Positions 12,546 to 25,676 of a stretch of 64,000 bases of DNA are shown one piece after another. The DNA is taken from the NCBI GenBank assembly GCA_028023455.1, contig JAQFVV010000001.1, positions 34,348,001 through 34,412,000 on the forward strand, read 5' to 3'. The stretch is from Epiperipatus broadwayi. Taxonomy: Eukaryota; Animalia; Onychophora. The notes under the pieces are model-generated. The model was not told the origin of the DNA. It ran no database searches and saw nothing but the letters and a program-made list of their open reading frames with translations. The first letter of the stretch is position 1. Each line of letters starts with the position of its first letter. A program made the position numbers and the translations under genes.

Positions 12546-15500
12546 TATATATATATGTCATTATAATTTGATTTTATTCAGATATGTGGGGGGGGGGTAA
12601 ATATAAGTTAACGAATTTAATTGTAAGATTAAACAAAAAACTATAACTAGTATATTTTTAACTCAGTAGCCTGTAAATTTTGTAATACTTTAAAAAGTAA
12701 ATGCAATTTTTATTTTTAGAACAGAATTTGATAGATTTATTATGGTTTCACATTTTTTTCATTTATATTTTAAAAATAAAAAAATCAATTAAAAATTTCT
12801 TTATTTTTTGTTTTCTTTATGTATTATCTTTATTATGGTTTTTGTGCTTGCAAAATTCAAATATAATTTTTTAGGATGTTTTTCATTTATAATCTTATAT
12901 TTCTAACAAATCAATTTCAATTTATTGAATTACAAATGCCACCATGGAGAATGATATAAATGTTAATCTGTTAAAAGTAACTCACTCTTGTAGCTATCTA
13001 ATGCTATTCTGCTGGTTTTGTATTTGTGTGACAGTAAAAACTAAAATAATAATGATTTATTGGTTTTAAAAAAAAATTCATGATGTCAGTATTTTACAGA
13101 GAAATGTATTACAAATGAGCTAACAACCAGTCCATAACATTGTTGATGTTTTCTCTGCACAAGAGGACTTATGAGGGATTTTGTGCATATTCATTCTTTT
13201 GTTAGATTTGGAAAATGAAACATATTTTATGTAATATGTTTATATATTTATAATTACTTTTTAAATATTTTTTAAGTAGAATTTTGTTATTTTTTTAAAG
13301 TAATCTTAACAATAATTTGTTTGCATTTTGGAAACAGTTAAATGTATCCTAATTTTTAAATATTTTTGTCTATAATGTGGCAATTGTCTAGTAAGAAGAA
13401 AGATGTTATTATGTATTTCCAGAATTTTTTTCCCTATATTTGCAAAGTTGAAATAATATTTTTTATGAATTTTCATTTGTAAATGTATATGTTTAACGAA
13501 TAATTTAAAATATCTGAAAGTATAATGTTGGTACTCTCAAAAAATGCCAAATAACTAAAGGGTTAAATATCTTGCCCTTTGAAAAGAAAAAATGGTAAAA
13601 TCTATAGACATCTTATAAATTTACAAATAAAAGTTCTCATGGCTATTGTGTTTGGCTGAATATTGTGCTTGGTTAGAGCATCATGTTAAATTTAATCATC
13701 ACAATTCTTAAATTATCTGTTTAATCTTTGTGCTAGACAATTACTTTTGAAGAAGAGAAGTGGATATTATTCGAAATAGTATGTTCTATACTAACCAATG
13801 CTGTTAACAATTTAATTAAATAATTCAATATAGAACTACAATTGCAATACCTTCACCATAGACCTTCAGAGAAACTTTAATTTGATTGTACCTATGTTTA
13901 ATAAAACGTAAACAAAGTTCTTGCATGTTTAGTATTTGTGAGTGTTAAAGAAATTATGAACTAATGGAAGAATTTAGTCATTTTCACTGTTGCATTGTTT
14001 TGGTTTTTTTGCATTTACTTTTATCCAACAGTTTACTCATCTTTGCATCTGCAAGAAGTACTAAATTATCAACAATTCTGTTACAATGACCTTTCCTATC
14101 CTTATAAAAATCACTTATCTAAATATATATTTCAATCACTAGGATATTTAATAGAATTATTTTTAGATAATTAGTATATCTTTTTTTTCTGTTAACATGC
14201 ACAAGAAAGAAACATTTCCATAATTTTTGCAATGCAAATGAGAAGAGAAAATATTCCGATTTTTAAGTAACATAATGAAAGTCATAAAAAATAAGACTTT
14301 ATTATATTTATATTTTCTTACTAATGTTTACATCAAAAAAACAGTGTCACATTATTAAAAATATTTCTGAATCATATATATAGTATTATATTTGAATTAA
14401 TATAATTTAATTTTTTTAAATGCTATAGTAAATAACTAGCAGTAATGTAAATTGTGTCTCATATATAAAATCATTGATTGATATAATCTTATCAATTTAA
14501 AATATTTTCTATAAATACTGTATATATATTACATGACTGTTATATACTTATACATTCAAAATTTATTATAGACATACCATATCAAACTTTTGTTCCATTT
14601 TTTAAAGGAACAAGAAAAAATAAATTAATAGAGGCAATACTGGAAACTGATTATTCAATATAATAATACATGTAAAGAATAACTCCAGATTAATATAAAG
14701 TATTGTATTATGATTAGATATTTACAGATCTTTTACATTGTAACAAACATCATTTTTATCTTCAAATGTCAAAACATTAGTAAAAAAAGCTCTTGAAGTC
14801 ATAATCCAAGATTTTATAAATCTTAAAATAATTTAATTTCATTATGTGCTGAAAAATGTTATTGATTGATATTTGTTTAGGTTAAAATTTACTGCTACAA
14901 GCAAGATATAATATTTCTAGAATTAAAATACTATAATTAATTAAAATATAAAGCTTTATTTTTGTCACTGCTTCAGCAAAATACAGTACCATCTCACATT
15001 CATCCATTTCTCTTTACTTAACAAAATTAAAACTATATTCTAATAAGAGCAAATACTAATGAATAAAATATAATTAGTAAGAAAAGTGAATGAAATTTAC
15101 TCAGACAAGTATGCAAAGAAGTGTGTGCAAAGTTCTCACCAATAAATTTGTATTTATTTTTAAAAAAAGATGGAGAGAAAAAAAGTGTCACATGTCGTTT
15201 TAGAGTTTAACAAAAAACTAACAGTGTAGGAAAATATTATTTCAGAAGTATAATTTATTACAAATAGATGAAATTAAAACAACAATTCAAGAAACAAGCT
15301 GAGTAAAATGTTATATCTGCGGCACTGATTCTGGGACTGAATGCATCAGCTGAAAGTTTTATGGAATCAGGAATAATACATTGAGTTTTGCTGTAATCTG
15401 TCGACTTTTTATTAGTTTGTGAAAAAATTGATGTGCTATTCATAACATTCTAATTAAAAATTTTATTATAGTAGTTTGTATTTGAAATGTCACAAAAGTT

Positions 15501-16500
15501 TTTTTGGATATTTTTTTTAATGTGAAAAATTTTTGAAATGTATACTTTCTATCTCAAAATACCTAAATATGTTAATAATTTTGTTGCTTATTAAGCTTCT
15601 TCACTGCATATCTGTATTTATGTTATTCATGTATTTTTAAAAACCTTTTTTTTTTTGTCGAAAATTATTAATTTTAAAATATTATATATTGCATAATCTC
15701 TTATAGCAGTAATATATTAAAAGATAGGAAAGCATAATTTAGTTATTTTTGTTTTTCAAAATTAAAAGTATATTACAATTTTTGAATAATTCTTAATATA
15801 TATATATATGTATTTTTTTTAATATTTAAGAAACTAATTTTTCACTATTATGCTTTGTTATCACATATTTATAATGTTTTTTTGATTTTGTTATCAATAA
15901 AGCATTGTTTTGTAATTAATTTTGAAACAATAATACTGTGATATAATTTAATTAATGATTAGATTGATATTATTATCATTGCTTATAAGGGATTGTTTTT
16001 ACTCAGTATATGAAAAACAAAAACATTTATGCTATAATTATTGTACTTCCAAACGTATACATTAAAAGCTTTGAAGTAAGTCCTGATTGATTTAATTTTT
16101 GGGAGGATTGAATCATTCTTTTTTTTTTTTTAAGCATGGTCAAAAAATAAAAATTATATCTTGCTTATATTAAACGTTGTATTAAATGATTTTTTTTTTT
16201 TTTTACATAAAAATATACATATATAATTATAATTTTTTAAGCAGCTGTGCTGACCACTCGCCACCAACGCTTGACGATATATAATAATAATTCTAAAAAG
16301 AAAATTGCATAATTTCAAATATTTATTAAATGTATTTTTTTTTTAAGCAAGTCTCATTTTTAATTAAAATAAAAATGATAAAATGTAAAGAATACAATAA
16401 CTATTATACTAGTAGATAAGGTAATAAGAAGCAAATTATCAAATGTACTAATTAATTATTTTGGAGAAAAAAAAAACCAATTGTTTTATAAATTAAATAA

Positions 16501-16760
16501 TTAGAATGAGATAAAATAGCAATGAATTAAACAGTCATACATCCTAAATGTATATGTTTTTTGTACCAAAACCATGTAAACTAGCTAAAACTGTAAATCT
16601 GGAGGAGTGCTGTCCTATCATCATTAAATTTATTTTTAGTTAGAATGAGATAAAATAGCAATGAGTTAAACTGTCATACATTCTAAATGTACATGTCTTA
16701 ATACCAAAACCATGCACAGCTAGCTAAAACTGAATTTGGAGGATTGCTCTTCTATTGTCA
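16501..16760. repeat. Tandem duplication, period ~139 bp, ~1.9 diverged copies
   Basis: ttagaatgagataaaatagcaatga...ctagctaaaactg starts at both 16501 and 16640. Confidence 0.85.
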
Positions 16761-18854
16761 AGCCTTTTCCCAGAAATAATCTGCTTGCATCAGTGGAGGT
16801 ATCATTGAAGCTCCAATAATCAAACTTATAAACTCTTAATTATTTACATTGGAAAATTATTTAATTTGTGTTTACAAAGAACTAAATCATATTAAAATCG
16901 AAACTTAAAAGTGTACTATGTTGAAAGCAAAGAAATATCTACTTGAACTTCCTAAAAATGAACTTTTTTTTTATTCAGTTAAATATGCCATTAATAAGTG
17001 ATAAAATTTCAATATTTTCTCTTGCATGCTAAATTTATTTGTAGTCATTATGTATATATGCAAACATGCAATATCAGTAATATTTTATATCTTATAAGCA
17101 TTAGTTAGAAGAATATATGCAAGAAAGCTTTCCACACCTTTATTCAAAATAGAATCACTTAACCTTTTGATTATCATGATAGCTATATTGAATGTTTTTG
17201 AGAATTGATTTAAGGCACAATTTTTATAATAACTTCAGTTTCCATTACTCAAAAATTAAGTAATGTATGTTATAAAGCAAAATAAAATACCAGAGAATAC
17301 AATAATGCTGAAAAAAGAAAGTCATTCAAAATAATAATTAAAAAATAAGATTTATTTAAAAAGTTCTTATTTCATATTTCTTTATGAATTTTCTAGTTTT
17401 ATAAATTTTAAAAGTATATTTTTATTAACTCTCTAATAGGTTGAAATTTTCTATTTTCAGTTCTGATGATAGTTTTAGTCAACTTATATTCTCTAATAAA
17501 ACTCAATAAGTTGGACTTGATTTCTTAGATATTTAACTTTATAAATGAAAAATATGGTAAAAAATTATATTTGAAATTTGCAAACGTTGAAACAATGAAT
17601 ATGTAATGAGAGCAAAGAACTTTTTCATTGTTGTACAGCAACTAGAAAGGATATCAATCATGCATTTGAAGCAAAATTAAAATCTTTGTTGACTGAAATC
17701 TGAAGCATTGATAAATCAACTGTTATGAAATATTAAAATTGCATTTATAATTTGTAGAATATCTCAAAGTATATCGGGTATCAGTAAACTATCAGTGATT
17801 GTTTTTACATGGCATAATCATTGTATCAGCTGTAGGTTTCTTTGTTAACATTATGGTTGAATTTATTAAATAAAATCCAAATGTATACATATATTATTTT
17901 GGTTTTATAGAATTATGTAAAAATAATCAGAAATATTTAATAAACTATACAAAAAGTCATGTTTATGTTATTCCAAAAACTAATCTCTTCACATTTTTTT
18001 TTTTTAAATTAATAAATCAATATTTGTTAGTTTGCAGTTTGTCATTTTAAAAAAAAAAATATGGAAAATCACTACAGATAGTTGTAGAAAGATTTAAAGT
18101 GGGAGGATTACCAGTGCCATCTCCGAAGAAAACAGTCACATATATCAGATTTCATAACTCTTAAAGTCCAAGATGCCATCTTTAATTTTAAAAAAAAATT
18201 ACAACAAATATAATTTATAACATACCTTTTATTTTATTACAATATATATATATATACATTGTTAGAAATACCAAATATGAAAGAATGTAATAAAGCTGAT
18301 AAAATAGTTATTGCCTAAAAAAAAAATTAAGAAAAAAAAGATTTGTTAATACATTGGTTCACAAATTCTACATTTTGAAAGTTATATGTTAAAATGACAT
18401 TTTTTTAGACAGCTTCATCACATTTGTCATGAAGTTCTGGAAAAAATGATATATAGTATGACCTACCTGAAACAGATTTTCATGATAAAATGTAGGGAAA
18501 AGGAGACAATTGGTGACTTTCATTTTTACTAGCAGATTCAGATCTTGTCCTTGCATGCAGGATATTTGCTAGTCCTTCCATGTAGATCTGTTAGAAATGT
18601 TTGGTTTTAATGAGGGCAAAAAATAAGAGTAAGAACAGTGCATGAGATATTGTGCAAAAAGAACTTTAATAAATTGTAATTTTTGAAAATATATAATAAA
18701 CAACAAAATATTTTTTTTTATTATGAGCACTGATTATGATGTATGAGAGTGAATAACTGAGGGTGCTTGAAAGTCTGTGTTTAAGAGATTATTACAAAAT
18801 TGTAACAAATGAATTCAACACTACTGTAATCATGCAACAATTGAATGAGCATAT

Positions 18855-20302
18855 ACACAATCATAAATAAAATCATAATGTATCTTGCTTATTACACTAA
18901 ATATAGGTATATGATTGAGTCTGGATGTGTATATTTTTATATCACTGCAATGTTAATTGCCTAAAATTCTATAGTGTATTTATTGTTTTCTACACATTTA
19001 ATTACACCTGGATCTTTTTTTACGCGGATTTATTTAACATGATTTTGAAGTTACGCGATTCATGTTTCACCGGAAGTCGAAACTCCGATAATGCGCTATT
19101 ACTTTAAATAATACATTTTGCGCACTTACATTATATTGAAAGTAATAACACATTATTGGAATTCGACTTTCATCTTACTAATTTCAATATTTGCAGTGCT
19201 TTATAATAGTAAGATTTTATGCAATAATGAAATTAAAATCATGATTTCCACATTTTATGTATACACATATTAAATTTTACAAGATTATAATGTAAATTTG
19301 TTCAAACATTGTGCGTGTTAATTTTGCATTTTAAATCACATTCTGTTTTTGCTTTTTAAAAAAGAACGTAATCAATTATTAATCATTTAGTGTCCACAAG
19401 TTTATTTTTAAAAGGTCAGTAATAGCAGTGGGCACAATTAAATTTGACAATTAAAAATTAAAATCTGATTTTTAATTGTAATTAACAATTTAAAAATTAC
19501 TTACGGCGACTTGAAATTAATGTGATGTGAAATTTGATTTTTAAACGGAATTGAAAATTAAAGACAAAAATAAGAATTTAATTTTTAGTTGTTAGTTTCA
19601 TAAACAATTAATAAAATCATCGTCTCAAAGATTAATTACGTTGTCACCAGAAAACCATTGACACAACATGAGTGTGAAGTTGGCGCTAGTTGTTTGCAAA
19701 CGAACGTGTTTTTCGGCAAATAGCTATAATAATTAAAACGTGTATAAAAAAATGTAAATTACTGTACTATAAATTATGCATAAAAATATATTATTTTGAA
19801 TAAAATTAAATATTATAGTTAAAAAAAGTTTGTCTTGTATCAATTTTTTTCAAATTTGAAATTTTTTATTAGTCATATTTTATTTCTTTATTATTTTTTT
19901 TTTTTGCACGAATTTTAAAGTAATTTTACGTTGGTGCTTTGCTTTTACACAAATTTTGAAAAATCACAGACCGCATCCCCCCCCCCTTTTCAATGTAAGT
20001 TACGTCTAATTTTGCGCAATTTCGTTTGCGCGTTTTCTGAGGAACCTATCTATCACGTAAAACGAGACCCAGTTGTATATAAAAAAAATAAGTAATAAAA
20101 ATAGGCAATAAAACTAATTGAATACTCAAATAAAATCATAATATATCTTGCCTTTTGCACTAAATATAGGTTATGATTGAGTCTGGATGTGTATGCTTTT
20201 ATATCATTGCAATGTAAATTGTCTAAAATTCTATAGCATATTTATTGTTTTTTACATATATTTAATTATATAAAAAAAAGTAATAAAACTAATTGAATAC
20301 TC
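18855..20302. repeat. Tandem repeat of roughly 180-190 bp (~2.2 copies), split by the MITE at 19005-20075
   Basis: aaataaaatcataat...gagtctggatgtgtat...ctaaaattctatag...atttaatta occurs before the MITE and again at ~20130-20270. A third unit start (aagtaataaaactaattgaatactc) follows at ~20278-20302. Confidence 0.8.
19005..20075. mobile_element. Non-autonomous Tc1/mariner-superfamily (pogo/Tigger-like) MITE, 1071 bp
   Basis: Imperfect TIRs: CACCTGGATCTTTTTTACGCG on the left and CAACTGGGTCTCGTTTTACGTG as the reverse complement of the right end. Each end is flanked by TA (19003-19004, 20076-20077). The interior is CpG-richer and has no ORF. Confidence 0.8.
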
Positions 20303-22851
20303 GTTGCTTCCTGCTTAAACGTTACTGTCCATTTCAAATTTGAATCCAGTCATGAAGGCATTAGATGTGGTTACCACGGTTGTCCTTGCAGATAAAAAAT
20401 GACTCCAATCCTTTTTTTTTTTTTGACATTGCAGCTTTTAAATCTGAATTGCCATGAAAATGAGCTTTTAGAAAAAGAAGGCTTACAAACACAGGCATCG
20501 CCAATTTCATATCCATATCAAGTGGTAAGATAAGGTAATTCAGCCATATAAAAAAAAGCTTTATGGTTAGTAAAGATAAAAAAAAATAATTAAAAATTGT
20601 ATTTTAGGAAAAAAAATCCTAAAAAATTCAAATTTCATCATAAAAAAAAAAAAAGTACATCTTTTTAATTGTAATAAAATGGTGGAACGAATGGTCTAAG
20701 AACCCATATGGGTACGATTTACTGATTCCATGCAAATTCAGTTGAAACTCTAAACTTCTGAACAGGGGTTCCTAGGGGCACTGTGGGCTGGAAGAGTTTT
20801 TTAAACTGGGAGAATTACCAGTGCCATCTCCCAAATAAACAGTCACATATGTCAGATTTCATAAACTATTCAGTTAATAGCTTCATTACATTTCATACAA
20901 AATAATATAGCATGACTTACCTAAGACAATGACATTTTTTGCTTTTCGTAGAATCTCACAAATATTTTTTTCCTTGCAGATGTCTATATAATCTATGAAG
21001 AGAGATGAGTAAGTTAGCCTAAAATAGTCTTCAGGCTGTAAATGTTTGATACAATACGAGTTGTAAACAGAAGGAAAAAAATGTTTTAGTGCAAGAGAAT
21101 GGCAGGTGATGTGACTACTATCTGAACCTGTCCATGAAATGCTATTGATAATAGTAGAATATTGATGTTGATAATAATAATAATAATCATCATCATCATC
21201 ATCTGTCTTTTCACTTCTGAAAAAAAAATCATTTTTAAGTAGAGTCCCTCTAAAATAATAAAATCAAATGATTGCTTACAAATAATTAAAGTATCTATAA
21301 CAATGCAATAAAAAACTAAAAATTTAAATGAAATTGCAATATGGTTTACAGATTAGAACTATTCATGACTCATTTTCTTCTGATCGTAGTATCAAAGCAT
21401 TGACATAAAAAAAGGTTGAGTGGGACTAGTACATCAATCATCACTGCTGAAGGAGTTAGTGTAATGGAATTTGAAGGGTTGCTTGCCTGTCTCAATTTCA
21501 GTAGCTAACCAATAAAACATCCTCTTTTCCATGTGTCCAACCATCTTTCCGCACAGTCAAAAGAACTTGCATGCTATTGATTTTGGGGGCGGAGGATTAC
21601 TCAAAGCACAGCTTAAGTAACCAGATACTGGCCAGTATCAAAAATTACATTTTTTACCTGTGCATAACTTCTTATGATCCACAAGTCCATTATGATATCT
21701 GCACATTCCCATCATTTAAGCCCCCCCCCCCTTTTTTTTTTACTAATTTTGAATGATCATATTACTTTGTGCTATTCTGATCAATAAATTTCTTAATAGC
21801 TACCTATCTTTGCTTTTGATATGTAGCTCGAAAATTTACATTGCAATGGTCAGATTTGTACAACTGACTTCATTTTATAAATTATATCACTTTTTTTTTT
21901 TTTTATTATTTGGAAATTTTTAATTGTCATTAAAATGTTAATTAGAAATATATGAAAAAAGTCATATTTTTTAGAAAATGAAGATGTTTTTGTCTCTGGT
22001 CAAAACTCCAGCTATTCTCTAAACTATACACAAGTGATTCTCAAAAAGTGTCTATTACTGTATTGAAAAATACACTAATTCGCTGTATAAATTTTCTCAA
22101 CCCAGAATTTTTTCCCCAGTTATGTACATATTAGTGTCAAAAGTGATTTTTTTTATATAATTTTTTATTAAAAATTTAAGTCTTTGTAAAATTACTAATT
22201 GATACATGTTAGTAAATAACATTCAACAGAAAACTCATTCTGATCTTATCAGGAAAAAACGACTTGCTATAAAGGCAATCACTGAAGTTGTAGATAAAGA
22301 TTTTCTTTTTAGAAACTATAACTAGTGCTATTGCTGAGAAATCACTAACAAAAAACTTCAAGAACAAGAAAGCATAACCTCCAAAAGTGGTGAAATCACT
22401 GACAATATGAAAAAAATTATTATTCTCAACTATAAATTTTTAGTCTAGAAAAATTAGATGATTTGAATAATGAACTTACTCACACATAAGGTGTAAAGCT
22501 TTCACACTATTTTAAATTGAAACCAATGACCAATTATTCTATTAGATTTATTAAACATATTATGGACTTTTGTTCTCATTTAAGTTTAGCACTATGCAAT
22601 ATATACTATATATAAAATTAATTTGTGGATCAGTAGACATTGTGCATTCTTTAGATTACTTAAAGAGCAGTAGATATTCTTTTGTGAACCATGCAATTAA
22701 CTACACACACATTGTATATCTTTCTTTTTTCATAAGAACTTATATAACGACCACATTCTCCTCTTTGCTCTTATTATGATTTTGAATAATCACCATTGCC
22801 ACCTTCATCAGACTTGTGATGATGGTTATATCCCATTCATTTAATTTCTGT

Positions 22852-22854
<3 letters not shown>

Positions 22855-22892
<38 letters not shown>
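22855..22892. repeat. (TA)19 microsatellite
   Basis: Perfect TA run. Confidence 0.95.
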
Positions 22893-22897
<5 letters not shown>

Positions 22898-24330
22898 GGA
22901 TATTCTTAAGCTAATTTAATATATGTATATTGTTTACTTTATTATCATTCTCATTAATAACCATTCTTAAAGGAGTATAGTCATTATAACACCAGAATAA
23001 AAAACAAAAGACAAGAACCAAGTTTCAGATGAGTTTTGAAATGACTAATATATGAAACGTATATATATGTTCATATGTTATACCTTTAGTATTTTATTTA
23101 TATCTTGTGATCCTGTCTTTTAAATTTTCAAACTACTTTTTGAAAATTTTTTAGTACTTTCTCTAAATGTAATTGTCTTTGTTAATTTTTTATGAAAGCA
23201 TCAATGCTGCTTTTTTAGACATCTACCTTTCTCAGGAAAACTCTGTGTTAATTTGCCATAAAATTATTTGTTGTAACTGTTACTATTCATTTACAATTTA
23301 GATATGTCTTTATCATTATAGATTTAATTGCATCACATCCAATGCCTTTATATTACACTATTGTATTAGATAAAAATTGATTATATCCATCTTTATAGTT
23401 TATTAAACATAAAGTATCATTTATTTATTTATTTAAAATAATGTCTTATAGTTTTTTGTTGGCTCATAATTATTGAAACAGCTGATTTAGTTTTGTTTTC
23501 AAATGTGGATGAGTTCTAAATTTTTTTTTTGTTTGAAAATTGCATAAATTTGGACAGATTATTAATTTTACAAAGTTTATATCATATATAATTTTTGATT
23601 GTATTTGTAATTTGGAAAGGTTTCAGTTATAAACTGTGATTATATATTGTGTGCTATTTTAAAAATATTTTTAATCCATTTTTTATGTCTGATGCATTAT
23701 AGTTTTGTTATATATCTACATAATTTCAACTGTAAGTTAAGTTTTAAGCTTGAAAATAGAGTAACTAGACAAAAGGTTGTGATCAGAAGATAACAATTAT
23801 CATTTGTAGTAGTTTATCATTGTTGGCAACTCTGAACACAATTTATTCTAGACTCAATAAGTTTTGTACATAATTAAAATGATTAAATATATATAAAAGT
23901 ATCTTTATATTTTCTTTACTGGGTTATTAGTTATGAAAAATATTTAAACTATCAATATTTATATCACTAATAATAGATATAATGTATATAGAGGTAACAT
24001 GAGTAAAAGCTATATTTTTAAATAATTGTTAACTAATATTTAATATAATATTTAAAATATTGTGCATAAGTTTTACAAAGAAAAAACAGTTATTCATAAC
24101 TCATTGAATATAGTTTTTTTCCACTGCTTTACAGTTATTTTATTAATAAATTTTTAAAGTCAGCCTTATAAGAACTTAAACATTATTCTAGTCAATAAAA
24201 AAAATAGTCATATATCACATGACCCCTTTTTTTTAAAACTTGTAAAATATAAACAAAGAGTTTTGCTAATTGCTCAATAAGTTTTGTGATAAATGCTTAG
24301 CAAAAGAAAGAATTTAAAACATCTATAAAA

Positions 24331-24401
24331 AAACCACATCCAAATCCCAGACCAATGGTTTCATGCATTTGCACTCCTCAGTGAGGCACTAGGGTAGTTT
24401 C
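24331..24401 (-). ncRNA. Type I hammerhead ribozyme, catalytic core intact
   Basis: Minus strand reads GCCUCA-CUGAGGA-GUGC aaau GCAU-GAAA-CC auu GGU-C-UGGGAU. Core CUGANGA/GAAA, stem II 4 bp (G10.1-U11.1 wobble), minimal stem III ACC/GGU, GUC cleavage triplet. Stem I pairs GCCUCA/UGGGAU with one mismatch and extends distally as AAACUAC/GUGGUUU. Confidence 0.82.
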
Positions 24402-24939
24402 AGCCACTAGATCTAAAAATACCAACCCAAAGCCAGCTTTTATCTAAGGGTTGACCATTGAGTAGAAAATCTAAAATTTCCTGACACTTAAATGTCTTTA
24501 AATCCAACTATCTAACTCAAAATAGCTATATGGGGCTGAGAGATTGTCAGCCAAACCATATATTAGGAGACTTAGCAATATAATACCACTTAAAACTTAA
24601 AAGCAAAGTCTGTAAATAGTCAATAAAAAAATAAGTCATATCACATGACTCCATTACTTTTTTTAAGCTTGTAAAATATAAACAAAGAGCTTTGTTAATT
24701 GTTCACCAAGCTTTGTGAGGTGCTAGAGTAGTTTCAGACACTTAAATGTATTCAAACCCATCTATCTAACTCAAATAGCTATATGGGGATGAGATATCTT
24801 CAGCCAAACCATATATTAGTAGTCTTAGCAATATAACCACTAAAGACTTAAAAGCAAAGATTATAAATAGTCACATGTAATATATGACTATTTTTATTAA
24901 CTATTTATAGTTTTTTAAGTCTTAAGTGATGTTATGCTG

Positions 24940-25040
24940 TCAAGCACGACTGGTCGAGAGGTCAGCGATGACTGCTTTACAAGCAGTTGTCCCGGGTTAG
25001 TGGGTTCGCTTCCTGGCTGATGCTATGACACGAGAAAAAA
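24940..25040 (+). mobile_element. Short tRNA-derived SINE (copy 2) inserted into the retrozyme array
   Basis: TGGTCGAGAGG A box, ACTGC-loop-GCAGT anticodon-like stem, GGGTTCGCTTCC B box and an oligo(A) tail. A perfect 16-bp TSD, AAGTGATGTTATGCTG, lies at 24924-24939 and 25041-25056. Confidence 0.9.
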
Positions 25041-25229
25041 AAGTGATGTTATGCTGCTAAGACTACTAATATATGGTTTGGCTGAAGATCTCTCAGCTCC
25101 ATATAGCTATTTGAATTAGATAGCTGGGTTTGAAGATATTTTAGTGTTTGAAAATTTTACATTTTCTACTCAATGGATAACTCTTAGATAAATGCTGGCT
25201 TTGGGCTGATATTTTTAGATCTAGTGTCC

Positions 25230-25301
25230 GAAACTATTCTAGCACCTCACTGAGAAGTGCCAAAACATGAAACCATTGGTCTGGGGTTTGGGTGTGGTTT
25301 T
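25230..25301 (+). ncRNA. Type I hammerhead motif, core mutated (G8A)
   Basis: ACCUCA-CUGAGAA-GUGC caaa ACAU-GAAA-CC auu GGU-C-UGGGGU; paralogous to the 24331-24401 motif. Confidence 0.72.
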
Positions 25302-25604
25302 TTTATAGAGATATTTTAAATGCTTTCTCTTGCTAAGCATGTTGAGCAATTAGCAAAGCGCTTTGTTTATATTTTACAAACTTAAAAAAAAAAGTGGGGT
25401 CATGTGATATATGATTATTTATAGTCTTTGCTTTTAAGTGTTAAATGATGTTATATTGCTAAGACTACTAATATATGGTTTGGCTGAAGATCTCTCAGCT
25501 CCATATGGCTAATGAGTAAGATCGCTGGGTTTGAAGACATCTACTCAATGGTTAACTCTTAGATAAATACTGGCTTTGGGTTGGTATTTTTAGAACTAGT
25601 GTCT

Positions 25605-25676
25605 GAAACTACCCTTGTGCCTCACCGAGGAGTGCTAAAGCACAAAACCTTTGGTCTGGGGTTTGGGTGTAGTTTC
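25605..25676 (+). ncRNA. Type I hammerhead motif, core mutated (U4C, G12A), stems fully paired
   Basis: GAAACUAC..GCCUCA-CCGAGGA-GUGC uaaa GCAC-AAAA-CC uuu GGU-C-UGGGGU..GUAGUUUC. Stem II is perfect and so is the 8-bp distal stem I. Confidence 0.72.

Noticed and set aside
16530-16585. Decayed hammerhead in the 139-bp tandem (gtaccaaaaccatg)
   Set aside because: No CUGANGA box, and it needs several assumed mutations.
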